Origin: Mycoplasmatota bacterium
GTDB taxonomy: Bacteria > Bacillota_I > Bacilli_A > MAG-NZ
Reading direction: 5' to 3'
Assembly (NCBI GenBank): GCA_018394315.1
Contig: CP074575.1
Location: 1,334,615-1,398,614, forward strand
Length of the DNA: 64,000 nt
Shown: positions 1-11,901 of the stretch, piece by piece
How positions within the stretch are numbered: position 1 is the stretch's first letter
How the letters are laid out: each line of letters starts with the position of its first letter
Notes under the pieces: model-generated
What the model was told of the DNA's origin: nothing
Database searches by the model: none
The model's input: only the letters and a program-made list of their open reading frames with translations
Program-made: the position numbers and the translations under genes

Positions 1-345
1 ATTCCGATAATTAATGAAAGATTGATTGAACATCTTGATGAAGTAGAACCATTTATTGAAGATTATTATTCAAAACAAGAGGACGATATTACTTATGGTG
101 TAGATGAGCAGGTTGAGTTTAATAATGAAGATACTGAGAGCTCAGTTGAAGAAGTTGGTAATGAAAATAGTAGCGAGAGTATAAGTAGTGAAGAAGTCAC
201 TGTGAAAGATGAAAAAAAAGAAGTAAATGTTGAGGAATTTGCTAAAAATATTAAGTATCCAAAGTATAATTATTATCGCATGTCAAATCCACATTATCGT
301 AATATTTACTATGACCCACGTAGTGGCAGATACTTTTACTTCTAA
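1..345 (+). CDS. 5'-truncated hypothetical protein, acidic low-complexity region with Tyr-rich C-terminus (possibly a spore morphogenetic protein)
   Basis: Frame is open from base 1 to TAA at 345, so the TTG start in the ORF track is probably internal. E/S/N-rich, lies upstream of ruvA. Confidence 0.55.
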   Translation: MPIINERLIEHLDEVEPFIEDYYSKQEDDITYGVDEQVEFNNEDTESSVEEVGNENSSESISSEEVTVKDEKKEVNVEEFAKNIKYPKYNYYRMSNPHYRNIYYDPRSGRYFYF

Positions 346-359
346 TTATAGGAGGATTT

Positions 360-914
360 ATGTACGCATATTTAATTGGAGCAATTAGTGAACAATATCC
401 AACACATGTTGTATTAGAGTGTAATGGAATTGGTTTTTTGATTAAGACTCCTAATCCTTATGTCTTTAGTATAGATAAAACATACAAAGTATATACTTAT
501 CAACACGTGAGAGAAGATTTAATTGAATTGTATGGATTTATAAAAAAGGATGAAAGAGAACTATTTTTAAAACTAATTAGTGTAAAGGGGATAGGCCCTA
601 AAGGTGCTTTAGCGATATTAGCTACTGGTTCAGTATCTAGTATTATTTCTGCCATAGAGAGTGGAAATAGTGACTATTTGAGAAAGTTTCCTGGAATTGG
701 TCCAAAAGCAAGTCAACAGATAGTTTTGGATTTGAAAGGTAAGTTCTCTGATGTTGGGCATTTGATAGATAATAATATTAATGATGTTCGCGAAGTATTA
801 TTATCATTAGGATATAGTTCAAAAGAAGTAAATAAAGTATTACAAAAGATACCATTCGAAGATAATTCTTTAGATGAAATGATTAAAATAGCTTTACAAA
901 TGATGCTGAAGTAG
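360..914 (+). CDS. ruvA: Holliday junction DNA-binding protein RuvA
   Basis: HVRED..LYGF and two HhH motifs (VKGIGPK, PGIGPK); RBS AGGAGG; adjacent to ruvB. Confidence 0.97.
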   Translation: MYAYLIGAISEQYPTHVVLECNGIGFLIKTPNPYVFSIDKTYKVYTYQHVREDLIELYGFIKKDERELFLKLISVKGIGPKGALAILATGSVSSIISAIESGNSDYLRKFPGIGPKASQQIVLDLKGKFSDVGHLIDNNINDVREVLLSLGYSSKEVNKVLQKIPFEDNSLDEMIKIALQMMLK

Positions 915-930
915 GATATGAGGTGTAAAT

Positions 931-1920
931 ATGGATGTACTTAGAGATTTCAAAGAAGAAGAATTTGAAAAATCTTTGAGACCAAAGTTTTTAAAAGAAT
1001 ATATTGGACAAACTAGTGTTAAGGAAATGATGGACATTTATATTAAGGCAGCTAGAATGAGAAATGAGTCATTAGATCATGTCTTGTTATATGGACCACC
1101 TGGATTAGGTAAAACTACATTAGCTACCATAATCGCTAATGAAATGGGAGTTAATATCAAGACTACAAGTGGACCTACGATTGAAAGAAGTGGTGATTTA
1201 GCGGCAATTTTATCCTCTTTAGAGCCAGGGGATGTACTTTTTATTGATGAAATTCATCGATTACCTAAAGTTGTTGAGGAGATCTTATATCCCGCGATGG
1301 AAGATTTTTCTTTAGATATTGTAGTAGGAAAAGATTCAACCGCAAGAAGTATTAGGATTGATTTACCTCCATTTACTCTAGTTGCAGCTACTACAAGATT
1401 TGGAGATCTAACAGCGCCACTGAGGGATAGATTTGGTGTTGTGGAAAAGTTAGAATATTATAAAGAAGATGACTTAAATGAAATTATACTGAGGACTGCT
1501 TCTATTTTTGATGTAAAAACTGATATGGATGCAGCAAGTGATTTGGCAAGAAGATCTCGAGGTACTCCAAGAATCGCGAATCGCTTATTTAAACGTATTA
1601 GAGACTTTGCTATGGTAAAAGGTAATGGTTCTGTTGATTTGGATATTACCAAGCATGCCTTAGAGAAGTTGAAAATAGATGAGTCTGGTTTAGATAGAAC
1701 TGATAAAGATTATTTATTAGGTATAATAGAAAGGTTTAATGGTGGTCCTGTAGGTATTGAGGCTCTAGCAGCTAGTATCGGTGAAGAAACCACGACACTT
1801 GAGGAAGCTTATGAACCGTTTCTTTTACAAGAAGGTTACGTCAAGAGAACACAAAGAGGAAGAATAGCAACTGAGAAAGCCTACAAGGCATTAGAAATAG
1901 ATAGAGGTACATTATTATAA
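931..1920 (+). CDS. ruvB: Holliday junction helicase RuvB
   Basis: LRP..L.EYIGQ, Walker [26 protein letters not shown]. Confidence 0.98.
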   Translation: MDVLRDFKEEEFEKSLRPKFLKEYIGQTSVKEMMDIYIKAARMRNESLDHVLLYGPPGLGKTTLATIIANEMGVNIKTTSGPTIERSGDLAAILSSLEPGDVLFIDEIHRLPKVVEEILYPAMEDFSLDIVVGKDSTARSIRIDLPPFTLVAATTRFGDLTAPLRDRFGVVEKLEYYKEDDLNEIILRTASIFDVKTDMDAASDLARRSRGTPRIANRLFKRIRDFAMVKGNGSVDLDITKHALEKLKIDESGLDRTDKDYLLGIIERFNGGPVGIEALAASIGEETTTLEEAYEPFLLQEGYVKRTQRGRIATEKAYKALEIDRGTLL

Positions 1921-2936
1921 TGAAGACAAGTGATTTTGATTTTAATTTAGATAAGAGACTAATAGCTCAAACGCCTTTAAATGATCGTTCTAGTTCGAAA
2001 CTTATGGTACTTGATAAAAAGAGTGGAAAAATTATTCACGATAAGTTTAGTAATATAACGAATTATTTAAAGAAAGGCGATGTTTTAGTTCTAAACGACA
2101 CTAGAGTATTACCAGCAAGGCTACTTGGAATTAAAGAGGATACAGGGGCTAATATCGAATTAATGTTATTAAACAATCTAGAAAGCAATGTTTGGAAAAC
2201 CTTGGTTAAGCCCTTAAAAAGAATAAAATTGGGAACAGTTATAACATTTGGTAATGGTGAATTAAAGGCTAAGTGTATTAGAATACTGGATGAGGGAATA
2301 ATTCATGTAGAGATGTTGTATGAAGGGATTTTTTATGAAGTATTAGACAAGTTAGGAGAAATGCCACTTCCTCCATATATTACTGAAAAACTTGAGGTGA
2401 AAGATAGATATCAAACTGTGTACGCTAAGAATATAGGTTCAGTCGCTGCTCCCACTGCGGGTTTACACTTTACTGGGAACTTAATTGAAAAAGTAGAAAA
2501 AATGGGAGTACAAATTGCATATGTTACTTTACACGTGGGGTTAGGAACTTTTAGACCGATAAAAGTTGAAAATGTACTTGAACATAAAATGCATTCTGAA
2601 TTCTATAGTTTAACACAAGAAAATGCTAACATTTTAAATGAAGCTAAAGGAAGAATAGTTTCTGTTGGTACAACTTCAACTAGAACTCTTGAAACGATAC
2701 ATAGTAAGTTTGATAGTTTTAAAAAGGATTCTGGTTGGACTGATATTTTTATTTATCCAGGTTATAAGTTTAAGGCCGTAGATGCACTAATTACTAATTT
2801 TCACTTACCTAAATCTACTTTAATAATGTTAGTGAGCGCATTTTCTAAAAAAGAGTTTATAATGAATGCATACGAAGAAGCAACTAAAAATGAATATAGG
2901 TTTTTTTCTTTTGGTGATAGTATGTTTATCAAGTAA
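1920..2936 (+). CDS. queA: S-adenosylmethionine:tRNA ribosyltransferase-isomerase
   Basis: [41 protein letters not shown]. Confidence 0.97.
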   Translation: MKTSDFDFNLDKRLIAQTPLNDRSSSKLMVLDKKSGKIIHDKFSNITNYLKKGDVLVLNDTRVLPARLLGIKEDTGANIELMLLNNLESNVWKTLVKPLKRIKLGTVITFGNGELKAKCIRILDEGIIHVEMLYEGIFYEVLDKLGEMPLPPYITEKLEVKDRYQTVYAKNIGSVAAPTAGLHFTGNLIEKVEKMGVQIAYVTLHVGLGTFRPIKVENVLEHKMHSEFYSLTQENANILNEAKGRIVSVGTTSTRTLETIHSKFDSFKKDSGWTDIFIYPGYKFKAVDALITNFHLPKSTLIMLVSAFSKKEFIMNAYEEATKNEYRFFSFGDSMFIK

Positions 2937-2945
2937 GGAGTTATT

Positions 2946-4130
2946 ATGAAATCAATACGAAGACTATATAAAGTGGGGCCTGGACCTAGTAGTTCTCACA
3001 CTATTGGACCTAGAAATGCAGCTAAAATGTTTAAACAAAAATATAAAAGCGATAAGTATTCTGTTGCATTATATGGCTCTTTAGCTGCCACTGGAAAAGG
3101 TCATTTGACAGACCATATAATAGAAAAAGAGTTACATCCGAGTAAAGTTGAATTTGCTTGGTTTCCAAATGAAGAATTAGAAATTCATCCAAATGGTATG
3201 ATTTTTTCGGATGGACTGAATGAACTTGAAATTTATAGTATTGGTGGAGGAGAAATTATAGTACAAGGGTTTCCTTCCACAGACTCAGAAGATATATACC
3301 CTCAAGTAGATTTTAGAGAAATAAAAAACTGGTGTTTATTGAATGAGAAACAACTGCATGACTACGTATATAATTATGAAGATGATTCAATAAAAAAATT
3401 CTTATTCGAGATATGGAATACAATGAAAAATACAATCGATAAAGGACTTAGTAAAAGTGGGATTTTATATGGTGGATTGGATGTAAGAAAGAGAGCAAAA
3501 GAACTTTTTGAGTCGTTAGAAAATGAGAATATCTTTAAGATTGAAAGTGCTAGAGAAAATGCACTTGTATCTTCATTTGCGTTTGCTGTAAGTGAGGAGA
3601 ATGCTAGCGGTAATACAGTAGTTACAGCACCAACTTGTGGAGCAAGTGGTGTTTTACCAGCTGTACTTAAGGGAGCTCAAAGTAAATATAATTTTTCAGA
3701 TGATGTTATAGTTGATGCTTTAGCAGCTGCAGCTGTAATTGGAAATGTCATTAAACATAACGCTTCAATATCGGGTGCTGAGGCAGGTTGTCAAGCAGAG
3801 GTAGGTACAGCGTGTAGTATGGCTGCAGCAGCCTATGGAACATTACTTAATTTTCCTATTGAACAGATTGAGACGGCTTGTGAAATTGCTTTGGAACACA
3901 ACTTAGGACTTACATGTGACCCTGTGCTTGGTTTAGTTCAGATTCCATGTATTGAAAGAAATGCGGTGGGTGCACTAAGAGCTGTAGATGCTTGTGATTT
4001 ATCAAATATCCTTCATAGAGATAATAAAGTATCTTTTGATAAAGTAGTTCAGACGATGTACGAAACGGGAAAAGATATGAATAGAAATTATAGAGAAACT
4101 AGTCAAGGTGGACTAGCGAAAAATTATTAG
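2946..4130 (+). CDS. sdaA: Fe-S L-serine dehydratase, single chain (beta+alpha fused)
   Basis: GPGPSSSHT, VTAPTCGASG, GCQAEVG, GLTCDPV.GLVQIPCIERN, YRETS.GGLA. Confidence 0.93.
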   Translation: MKSIRRLYKVGPGPSSSHTIGPRNAAKMFKQKYKSDKYSVALYGSLAATGKGHLTDHIIEKELHPSKVEFAWFPNEELEIHPNGMIFSDGLNELEIYSIGGGEIIVQGFPSTDSEDIYPQVDFREIKNWCLLNEKQLHDYVYNYEDDSIKKFLFEIWNTMKNTIDKGLSKSGILYGGLDVRKRAKELFESLENENIFKIESARENALVSSFAFAVSEENASGNTVVTAPTCGASGVLPAVLKGAQSKYNFSDDVIVDALAAAAVIGNVIKHNASISGAEAGCQAEVGTACSMAAAAYGTLLNFPIEQIETACEIALEHNLGLTCDPVLGLVQIPCIERNAVGALRAVDACDLSNILHRDNKVSFDKVVQTMYETGKDMNRNYRETSQGGLAKNY

Positions 4131-5246
<1,116 letters not shown>

Positions 5247-5271
5247 GAGCAAGTTATCTTGCTTTTTTTTT
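5247..5271 (+). terminator. Intrinsic terminator after tgt
   Basis: AGCAAG-ttat-CTTGCT followed by a T-run. Confidence 0.7.
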
Positions 5272-5305
5272 ATTCATATAATTAGTGAAAGATATGAGGT
5301 TTAAC

Positions 5306-6373
5306 ATGAATAGAAAAGTACTTTTACTAAGTTTGATATTGTCTTCAATTGGAGTAGTGATGATTTATAGTGCATCAGAAATATGGGCAGAATTCAAATA
5401 TGGAAACCAATACTATTACTTATCAAAACAAATACTTTTTTTTGCAGTAGGTATAATAATAATGATTACAGTTTCAAAAATTCACTACGGTTATTACTAT
5501 AAGTATGCAAATCTTATATTTTTTTCATCTCTAATTATACTTATTTTAGTATTAGTTCCTGGAATTGGATCCATTAGAGGTGGAGCTAGGAGTTGGATCG
5601 GTGTTGGGCAATTTTCACTTCAGCCAAGTGAGTTTATTAAGTTAGGACTAGCGATATTTGTAGCAAAAGTACTAGCTAATAATGTCTTTAAGTCACTCAA
5701 AGATTACTTTGGTTTGTTATTGATAATTGTGGTTGTTTTCTTGATAATTATGCTTCAGCCCGATTTTGGAACAGGTGTTGTTATTGTTTCATCAATGGTG
5801 CTAGTGTTGATAATTTCAGGTCTTCCTATAGGTACAATCGTAATGGTCGGAGTAATGGGTTTTGCTGGATTAGTTATGTTGATTATTTCGGCACCGTACC
5901 GAATGAAAAGAATTTTTGCTTTTATTGATCCTTGGAGTGATCCGCTTGGGAGTGGATTTCAAATTATACAGTCACTCTATGCATTAGTTCCCGGAGGACT
6001 TTATGGTTTTGGATTAGGTGGAAGTAGACAAAAGTATTATTACTTACCCGAGCCACAAACCGATTTTATTTTCGCAATAATTACAGAAGAATTGGGTTTA
6101 CTAGGTTCCATTACAATTTTGATTATTTACTTGCTTTTATTCTATTATATCTTGATGATTTCAATAAAAAGCAACTCGCAATTTGGAACTTATTTGTCGT
6201 TAAGTATAGGGATACTTCTTTTCATGCAATTTATAATAAATATTTTTGTTGTAATAGGATTAATTCCAGTGACAGGTGTAACTCTTCCTTTCTTAAGTTA
6301 TGGAGGAAGTTCTTTGGTGTTAACATTAGCAAGTATGGGAATAATAATAAATATCGCAAAGGAAGTGAAGTAA
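5306..6373 (+). CDS. spoVE: SEDS-family peptidoglycan polymerase SpoVE/FtsW
   Basis: About 10 TM segments; GARSWI, QPSEF.K, QPDFGT, LPEPQTDFIF, LPFLSYGGSS; precedes murG. ATG 5306 chosen because it follows GAGGT. Confidence 0.85.
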   Translation: MNRKVLLLSLILSSIGVVMIYSASEIWAEFKYGNQYYYLSKQILFFAVGIIIMITVSKIHYGYYYKYANLIFFSSLIILILVLVPGIGSIRGGARSWIGVGQFSLQPSEFIKLGLAIFVAKVLANNVFKSLKDYFGLLLIIVVVFLIIMLQPDFGTGVVIVSSMVLVLIISGLPIGTIVMVGVMGFAGLVMLIISAPYRMKRIFAFIDPWSDPLGSGFQIIQSLYALVPGGLYGFGLGGSRQKYYYLPEPQTDFIFAIITEELGLLGSITILIIYLLLFYYILMISIKSNSQFGTYLSLSIGILLFMQFIINIFVVIGLIPVTGVTLPFLSYGGSSLVLTLASMGIIINIAKEVK

Positions 6374-7408
6374 ATGAAGGTAGTCATTGCTGCTGGAGGT
6401 AGTGGAGGACATTTATATCCTGCGCTTAGTTTAGCAGAACACTTAAAAAAGAGCTTGAATTGTCATATAACTTTAATTAACTCTACGAAAGAGATTGAAA
6501 AAAAAATTGTAGAAGGAACCAGTTTCTTAGACGAAATCATAAGCTTAGATATCACAGGACTTCACCGTAAAATAAGTTATAAAAATATAATTACTTTCTA
6601 TAAATTATTTATATCTATAATTAAGTCAAGAGCTATACTAAAAAAAATTGAACCAAATGTAGTAATTGGGTTAGGCGGTTATGTAAGTTTTCCTGTATTA
6701 ATTTCGGCTTCTAAATATCATACTTTTATTCATGAACAAAATGTAATTCCTGGGCTAGTAAATAAGGTGCTTAGTAAAGTGGTGGATAATGTCTTTATAT
6801 CATTTACTGAATCCGAGAAATACTTCAAGAAAAATACTATTTTGATTAAAAATCCGCGTGTTTTAGACTTGAAATATGATGTGACGTTTTCCAATAGAAT
6901 CTTAATTGTGGGTGGCTCACAAGGATCTAAGGTAATAAATGATGCAGTTATAAAACAGTATGAATCATTAAAGAATATGGAAATAACTTTAGTAACTGGA
7001 ACTAGATACTATGATGAAGTTAAGAAGGAAATCGATGAAACAGATAATTTCAAAATTGTAAGTTATTTAGATCATTTTAGAGAGGAGTTAATACATTCAA
7101 GATTGATAGTTTGCCGTGCAGGGGCAACTACGATCTCTGAAATAATTGAACTTGAGAAACCTTCTATTTTGATTCCTAGTTCATATGTTTCTAATGATCA
7201 CCAAACATTAAATGCAAAGGTTCTATCTGATGCTAGTGCGGGGCTTTTATTAGAAGAAAGTTCTATTGATACTTTAAGTAATATAATTAAGGATTTAGAT
7301 AAAGATAAGTTATTTACAATGAAGGAAAACATAAAGATTATTAAGAGGAGAGATTATTTAGATGTAATTTCTATTATTAAAGAGAGGGTAGGTGAATTAA
7401 ATGAGTAA
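6374..7408 (+). CDS. murG: Lipid I N-acetylglucosaminyltransferase MurG
   Basis: GGSGGHLYP, GGYVS.P, HEQN..PG, GGSQGS, RAGATT. Confidence 0.95.
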   Translation: MKVVIAAGGSGGHLYPALSLAEHLKKSLNCHITLINSTKEIEKKIVEGTSFLDEIISLDITGLHRKISYKNIITFYKLFISIIKSRAILKKIEPNVVIGLGGYVSFPVLISASKYHTFIHEQNVIPGLVNKVLSKVVDNVFISFTESEKYFKKNTILIKNPRVLDLKYDVTFSNRILIVGGSQGSKVINDAVIKQYESLKNMEITLVTGTRYYDEVKKEIDETDNFKIVSYLDHFREELIHSRLIVCRAGATTISEIIELEKPSILIPSSYVSNDHQTLNAKVLSDASAGLLLEESSIDTLSNIIKDLDKDKLFTMKENIKIIKRRDYLDVISIIKERVGELNE

Positions 7409-7440
7409 ATTCAAAAAGTGAATTTATTCATTCGAAATTT

Positions 7441-8340
7441 ATGAGTATAGTTGAAATTGTGGAGAAGTACTATCTAGGTACAATTAAAAAAAATGTTTTT
7501 TTTAAAGATATAACAACTTTAAAGGTAGGAGGGAAAATAAAGTATTACTTTCAGCCTAATAGTTTTGAAAGTTTAAAAAAATTCTTGAGGCTAAAAGGTG
7601 AAGTTTCTATTTTTATAATAGGAAACGGATCAAATATACTCGCAAGTGATGATGAGTATGATGGGGTTGTAATTGATTTAAGTAAAATCCCTACTTCAAT
7701 AAATCATATTGACGATTTTTTTTATGTGACTGCAAATTGTCATGTTGCTTCAGTAGTTAACTATGCTGTAAATAAAGGTTACAGTGGTTTAGAATTTTTA
7801 GCTACAATTCCAGCTCAAATTGGTGGAGCTGTTTATATGAATGCAGGAGCATACAAAGGTGAAATCAGTGATGCTTTTTACATGTGTGAATGCTTAACAA
7901 AAAATGGTGACACAGTTTATTTGTCCAAGGAAGAAATGATGTTTGCATATAGAAACTCGGTTCTTCACGAGAAGGAATATATAATAATCAACATAGTGTT
8001 TAAACTTAAAAAAAGTAAAATCTTTGCGATGAAGAAATTAATTAAACGAAGAAAAAAGAGAAATAAAAAAGAAAAACCGCTTGAATTTCCAAATGCGGGA
8101 AGTGTGTTCAAAAATTCAGAATCATATTCAGCTTGGAAATTGATTGATTCTGCTGGATTAAGGGAATACAGGGTAAATGATGCAGGAATTTCGGAAAAAC
8201 ATGCGAATTTTATCATAAATTGTGGAAATGCTCGTGCAATAGATGTTAAAATATTAATAGATTTTATTATAGAAAAAGTATACGAAAAACATAAAATTAA
8301 ACTTAAAGTAGAGTGGGTTTTCGTTAATTGGAGTGATTAG
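7441..8340 (+). CDS. murB: UDP-N-acetylmuramate dehydrogenase
   Basis: IGNGSNIL, GGAVYMNAGAY, NAGSVFKN, SEKHANFIIN. Confidence 0.95.
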   Translation: MSIVEIVEKYYLGTIKKNVFFKDITTLKVGGKIKYYFQPNSFESLKKFLRLKGEVSIFIIGNGSNILASDDEYDGVVIDLSKIPTSINHIDDFFYVTANCHVASVVNYAVNKGYSGLEFLATIPAQIGGAVYMNAGAYKGEISDAFYMCECLTKNGDTVYLSKEEMMFAYRNSVLHEKEYIIINIVFKLKKSKIFAMKKLIKRRKKRNKKEKPLEFPNAGSVFKNSESYSAWKLIDSAGLREYRVNDAGISEKHANFIINCGNARAIDVKILIDFIIEKVYEKHKIKLKVEWVFVNWSD

Positions 8341-8982
8341 ATGAAAATAGAAAAGAAAATAGGGGTAATAGTAGTATCGTTTTTCTTGATTTTTATCTTT
8401 GTAACATTGTTCATAGTTTTAACTAGCGAATATAAATTTAATGATATTTCTATTAATGGAGCTCAAATCCTTGAAGAGAGGTTAATAGATGATATTGATC
8501 TTGAGAATAACTATTTCCTATTTTCTCCAAAATTTTCTATTAACCATAAATTATCTAAGCTAGGATATATAGCTGATTATACTGTTGATAGAGAATTTCC
8601 AAATAAATTGGAAATTAATGTTGAGATAGAAAATGTTTTACTTTGTTCTAATGAGTCTATAGTATTTGCTGATTATCAGATTGGTAGGGACGCTGGACTA
8701 GAATCCCTTTGTCTCGATAAACCAGTAGTTAAGAATCTTATAGAAATGGAGAATAAACTCTTTTTAATTTTAGATTCATACGGTGATATAGTAGAGCCTG
8801 TAAAAGGAATAATTAAAGAACTAAATTTCGTAGATAATGAGACACTAAGTTTCAATATGTCCGATGGTATTACTGTATACCTTACAATAAATGAAGATAA
8901 AACAATAAGTGATTATCTAAATAATTACTTTAATTATAAAGTTGAAGACAATATTATCGATTTAAGACTAAAATACCAGTGA
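8341..8982 (+). CDS. divIB: Divergent cell-division protein DivIB/FtsQ
   Basis: One N-terminal TM, POTRA-like segment (V.REFPNKL.I.V), C-terminal IIDLR; lies between murB and ftsZ. Confidence 0.7.
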   Translation: MKIEKKIGVIVVSFFLIFIFVTLFIVLTSEYKFNDISINGAQILEERLIDDIDLENNYFLFSPKFSINHKLSKLGYIADYTVDREFPNKLEINVEIENVLLCSNESIVFADYQIGRDAGLESLCLDKPVVKNLIEMENKLFLILDSYGDIVEPVKGIIKELNFVDNETLSFNMSDGITVYLTINEDKTISDYLNNYFNYKVEDNIIDLRLKYQ

Positions 8983-9059
8983 TATATTGTAATTTATTGG
9001 TTTAGAAAGTATAATGGTTATATGACTGTATAAAAAGTATTTATAGGGGGTTTATTACG

Positions 9060-10130
9060 ATGATTATGGATTATGATAATTTCACCAACGGTCCTATTCT
9101 AAAAGTAATTGGAGTAGGCGGAGGTGGTGGAAATGCTGTTAATAGAATGGTTGAAAACAATGTACAAGGTGTTGAATTTATCGCAGTTAATACAGATGCG
9201 CAAGTCTTAAGGTTGTCAAAGGCAGATATAAGAATTCAGTTAGGGAGAAATCTAACTAAAGGTTTAGGTGCGGGTGCTGATCCAGAAGTTGGCCGTCTAG
9301 CAGCTGAAGAATCTAAACAAGAGCTAGAAAAAGTCCTTGAAGGTGCTGATATGGTATTTATCACTGCTGGTATGGGTGGAGGTACTGGTACAGGTGCCGC
9401 GCCAGTTATAGCTGAAATTGCTAGAGATATGGGTGTTTTGACTGTAGGTATTGTTACAAAGCCTTTTAGTTTTGAAGGAGAGAGAAGAACATTAGTCGCA
9501 GAAGAGGGGTTAAGAAAACTTAAACCATTCTGTGATACTTTCATTGTGATACCTAATAATAAATTATTATTTGCATTAGATAAAAATATTAATATGCTTG
9601 AAGCTTATCGTGAAGCGGATAAAGTATTACGTCAAGGAGTTCAGGGTATTGCTGAAATAATAGCAGTTCCAGGTTTAGTAAATGTGGATTTCGCAGATGT
9701 AAGAACTGTTATGAAAGATAAAGGTACTGCCTTAATGGGTATAGGGATGGCTTCAGGAGATACAAGAGCTGTAGAAGCTGTACGAAGAGCAATTCATTCA
9801 CCATTACTTGAAACAAGTATTAATGGTGCTACTGATGCGATTGTTAATATCACTAGTGATTTTGAAATTACTTTAAGTGAAGTAAATGAAGCTATAAATG
9901 AGATACAGAATAATTCTTCAACAGAAATCAATATCATTCACGGACAAGCCATTAACGCAGATTTAGACAATGAAGTAATCGTTACTATTATTGCTACAGG
10001 ATTTAAACAACATGATGAAGACCATGAGGACTTTGAAGTAGATGATATAATTGTTGACTTTGCTGCTGATGAAGGTGAAAAGGAACCGTCTCCTAATGTT
10101 CCTGATTGGCTAAATAAAAGATTTAAATAG
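9060..10130 (+). CDS. ftsZ: Cell-division protein FtsZ
   Basis: [22 protein letters not shown] tubulin signature, NVDFADV, C-terminal VPDWL. Confidence 0.99.
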   Translation: MIMDYDNFTNGPILKVIGVGGGGGNAVNRMVENNVQGVEFIAVNTDAQVLRLSKADIRIQLGRNLTKGLGAGADPEVGRLAAEESKQELEKVLEGADMVFITAGMGGGTGTGAAPVIAEIARDMGVLTVGIVTKPFSFEGERRTLVAEEGLRKLKPFCDTFIVIPNNKLLFALDKNINMLEAYREADKVLRQGVQGIAEIIAVPGLVNVDFADVRTVMKDKGTALMGIGMASGDTRAVEAVRRAIHSPLLETSINGATDAIVNITSDFEITLSEVNEAINEIQNNSSTEINIIHGQAINADLDNEVIVTIIATGFKQHDEDHEDFEVDDIIVDFAADEGEKEPSPNVPDWLNKRFK

Positions 10131-10134
10131 AGAT

Positions 10135-10156
10135 AAAGGAGCTAAGGCTCCTTTTT
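10135..10156 (+). terminator. Intrinsic terminator after ftsZ
   Basis: AAAGGAGC-taag-GCTCCTTTTT. Confidence 0.75.
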
Positions 10157-10438
10157 AAATGCTTATATAGAATTAATTTTAATATACTCTACATGTATTA
10201 AAAAAGAAGATCTAAAACAATAAATTTCATCTCATTTTGTAAGAAATTATATTTATAAACCTAAAACTCTCGGTAATGATCTATATATAGAATTTTATGA
10301 TTTGATGGATTAATATTTATTTTTAAAAAAAGACATTAATCTAATGTCTTTTTTTGTTTATAAATAATTATTTCGTAATAAAATTAATGACAATTTTTTT
10401 TTCGTATTTCCTTAAAATTAAGGTAGGGGGAGAGGAAT

Positions 10439-11149
10439 GTGACTTTGTATTTAGATATGTTCTTTCTTGTTAACTTCATAATGAATTACTTGATATTTAA
10501 TTTCTTAGGTTACCTTCTTGGTCTTAAGAGAAAAAGACTCTTTGTCGGAAGCGTCTTTGTAAGTAGTATTACAATTTTTTCCTTGTTTTGTCCAATCCCA
10601 AATTTTTTTAGAATTATCGTAGGCTTGATGTTTGTATATATTACATTTGGTTATTACAATAAAAAACAGTTCATAAGCCTCTCCCTTCTTTATTACTTGA
10701 TTAACATATCACTAGGAGGACTCACGTTCATTATCAATTCATCAATAAATATTAATTTACTACTAAGTAGCTTTATTATTATTTGTTTATTTGTTGCAAT
10801 AGATAAGTTAGTATTTGATTCAAATCTAGAGTGGAAAACAACGATATTTCTAAATGGGAAGAAAACTGTTGCTTATGTAGATACTGGTAATTTAGCATTA
10901 ATCGATGGACTGAGTATTTGTTTCATCAAAAGTGAATTATCGGATAAATTAGAATATGCGAGGAAATGTGAGATTACTACTATAAATGGTACAAAAATCA
11001 TAAATTTATATAAAGCTGAGATTGTAGTAAATAAATGTCCAGTGGACTGTTACTTATCTATAAGTGATGATATACCTGGTGAAATGTTAATCAGTCCACA
11101 TTTACTAAAATTTAAAGGAGAGATAAGTTATGATAAGGGTTATTCATAA
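10439..11149 (+). CDS. spoIIGA: Pro-sigmaE processing aspartic protease SpoIIGA
   Basis: YLD.FFL.NF.MNY N-terminus, several TMs, DTGN catalytic motif; overlaps sigE start. Confidence 0.88.
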   Translation: MTLYLDMFFLVNFIMNYLIFNFLGYLLGLKRKRLFVGSVFVSSITIFSLFCPIPNFFRIIVGLMFVYITFGYYNKKQFISLSLLYYLINISLGGLTFIINSSININLLLSSFIIICLFVAIDKLVFDSNLEWKTTIFLNGKKTVAYVDTGNLALIDGLSICFIKSELSDKLEYARKCEITTINGTKIINLYKAEIVVNKCPVDCYLSISDDIPGEMLISPHLLKFKGEISYDKGYS

Positions 11150-11831
11150 AATTCTAGATTTTTTTTCTAAGAAACCAATTTATTTTATTAATAGTTCAGA
11201 CGTCTTACCAGAGCCATTAACTGCAGAAGAGGAAAGAAAGTATGTTAGATTGAGTCAACAAGGAGACAAGTTAGCAAGAGATAAATTAATTGAACATAAT
11301 TTAAGATTAGTTGTATACATAGCTAAAAAGTTTGAAAGTACAAACATTCATATTGAGGATTTAATAGGAATTGGATCCATGGGTCTAATTAAGGCCGTAA
11401 AGACATTTAAGGAAGAAAAGCAAATTAAGTTAGCTACTTACGCATCTAGATGTATAGAGAATGAAATATTAATGTTCTTAAGGAAAATTTCTAAATCTAG
11501 ACAGGATGTATCTCTTGATGAGAAATTAAATACAGATGCTGAAGGGAATGAATTAATTTTGGCTGACATATTAGGAACTTCTGATGATGGTATATTTGAA
11601 AAAATTTTAGCTGATGAAGAAAGAAGAGCGATTTACAGGGTAATTAGTGATTTACCAATCCGAGAGAGAAATATTGTGACTTTAAGATTTGGATTACTTG
11701 GAAAAAAAGAACTCACTCAAAAACAGGTAGCTAAAACCTTAGGAATCTCACAATCATATATATCTCGACTAGAAAAGAGAATTTTTGAGAAGATTAAACA
11801 TCAAGTAGATAAAGAATTACAAAGAGAATAA
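11130..11831 (+). CDS. sigE: Sporulation sigma factor sigmaE (pro-form)
   Basis: Pro-sequence then LPEPL..EEE, LIEHNLRLVVYIA, KLATYASRCIENEILM, GISQSYISRLEK. Confidence 0.96.
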   Translation: MIRVIHKILDFFSKKPIYFINSSDVLPEPLTAEEERKYVRLSQQGDKLARDKLIEHNLRLVVYIAKKFESTNIHIEDLIGIGSMGLIKAVKTFKEEKQIKLATYASRCIENEILMFLRKISKSRQDVSLDEKLNTDAEGNELILADILGTSDDGIFEKILADEERRAIYRVISDLPIRERNIVTLRFGLLGKKELTQKQVAKTLGISQSYISRLEKRIFEKIKHQVDKELQRE

Positions 11832-11849
11832 AATAATTTCTCTTACAAT

Positions 11850-11879
11850 GAATAAAAAATCTAAATAGTAGCCATACTC
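11850..11879 (+). promoter_or_regulatory. sigmaF/sigmaG-type promoter of sigG
   Basis: GAATA-N18-CATACTC, close to the GNATA-N18-CATACTA consensus, at the expected position. Confidence 0.7.
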
Positions 11880-11901
11880 CTAACAAAAGGGGGTGGCTAT
11901 T

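Noticed and set aside
10370..10420. Spo0A boxes at the spoIIG promoter
   Set aside because: Expected biologically, but the matches (TTCGTAA, TTCGTAT) have two or more mismatches.
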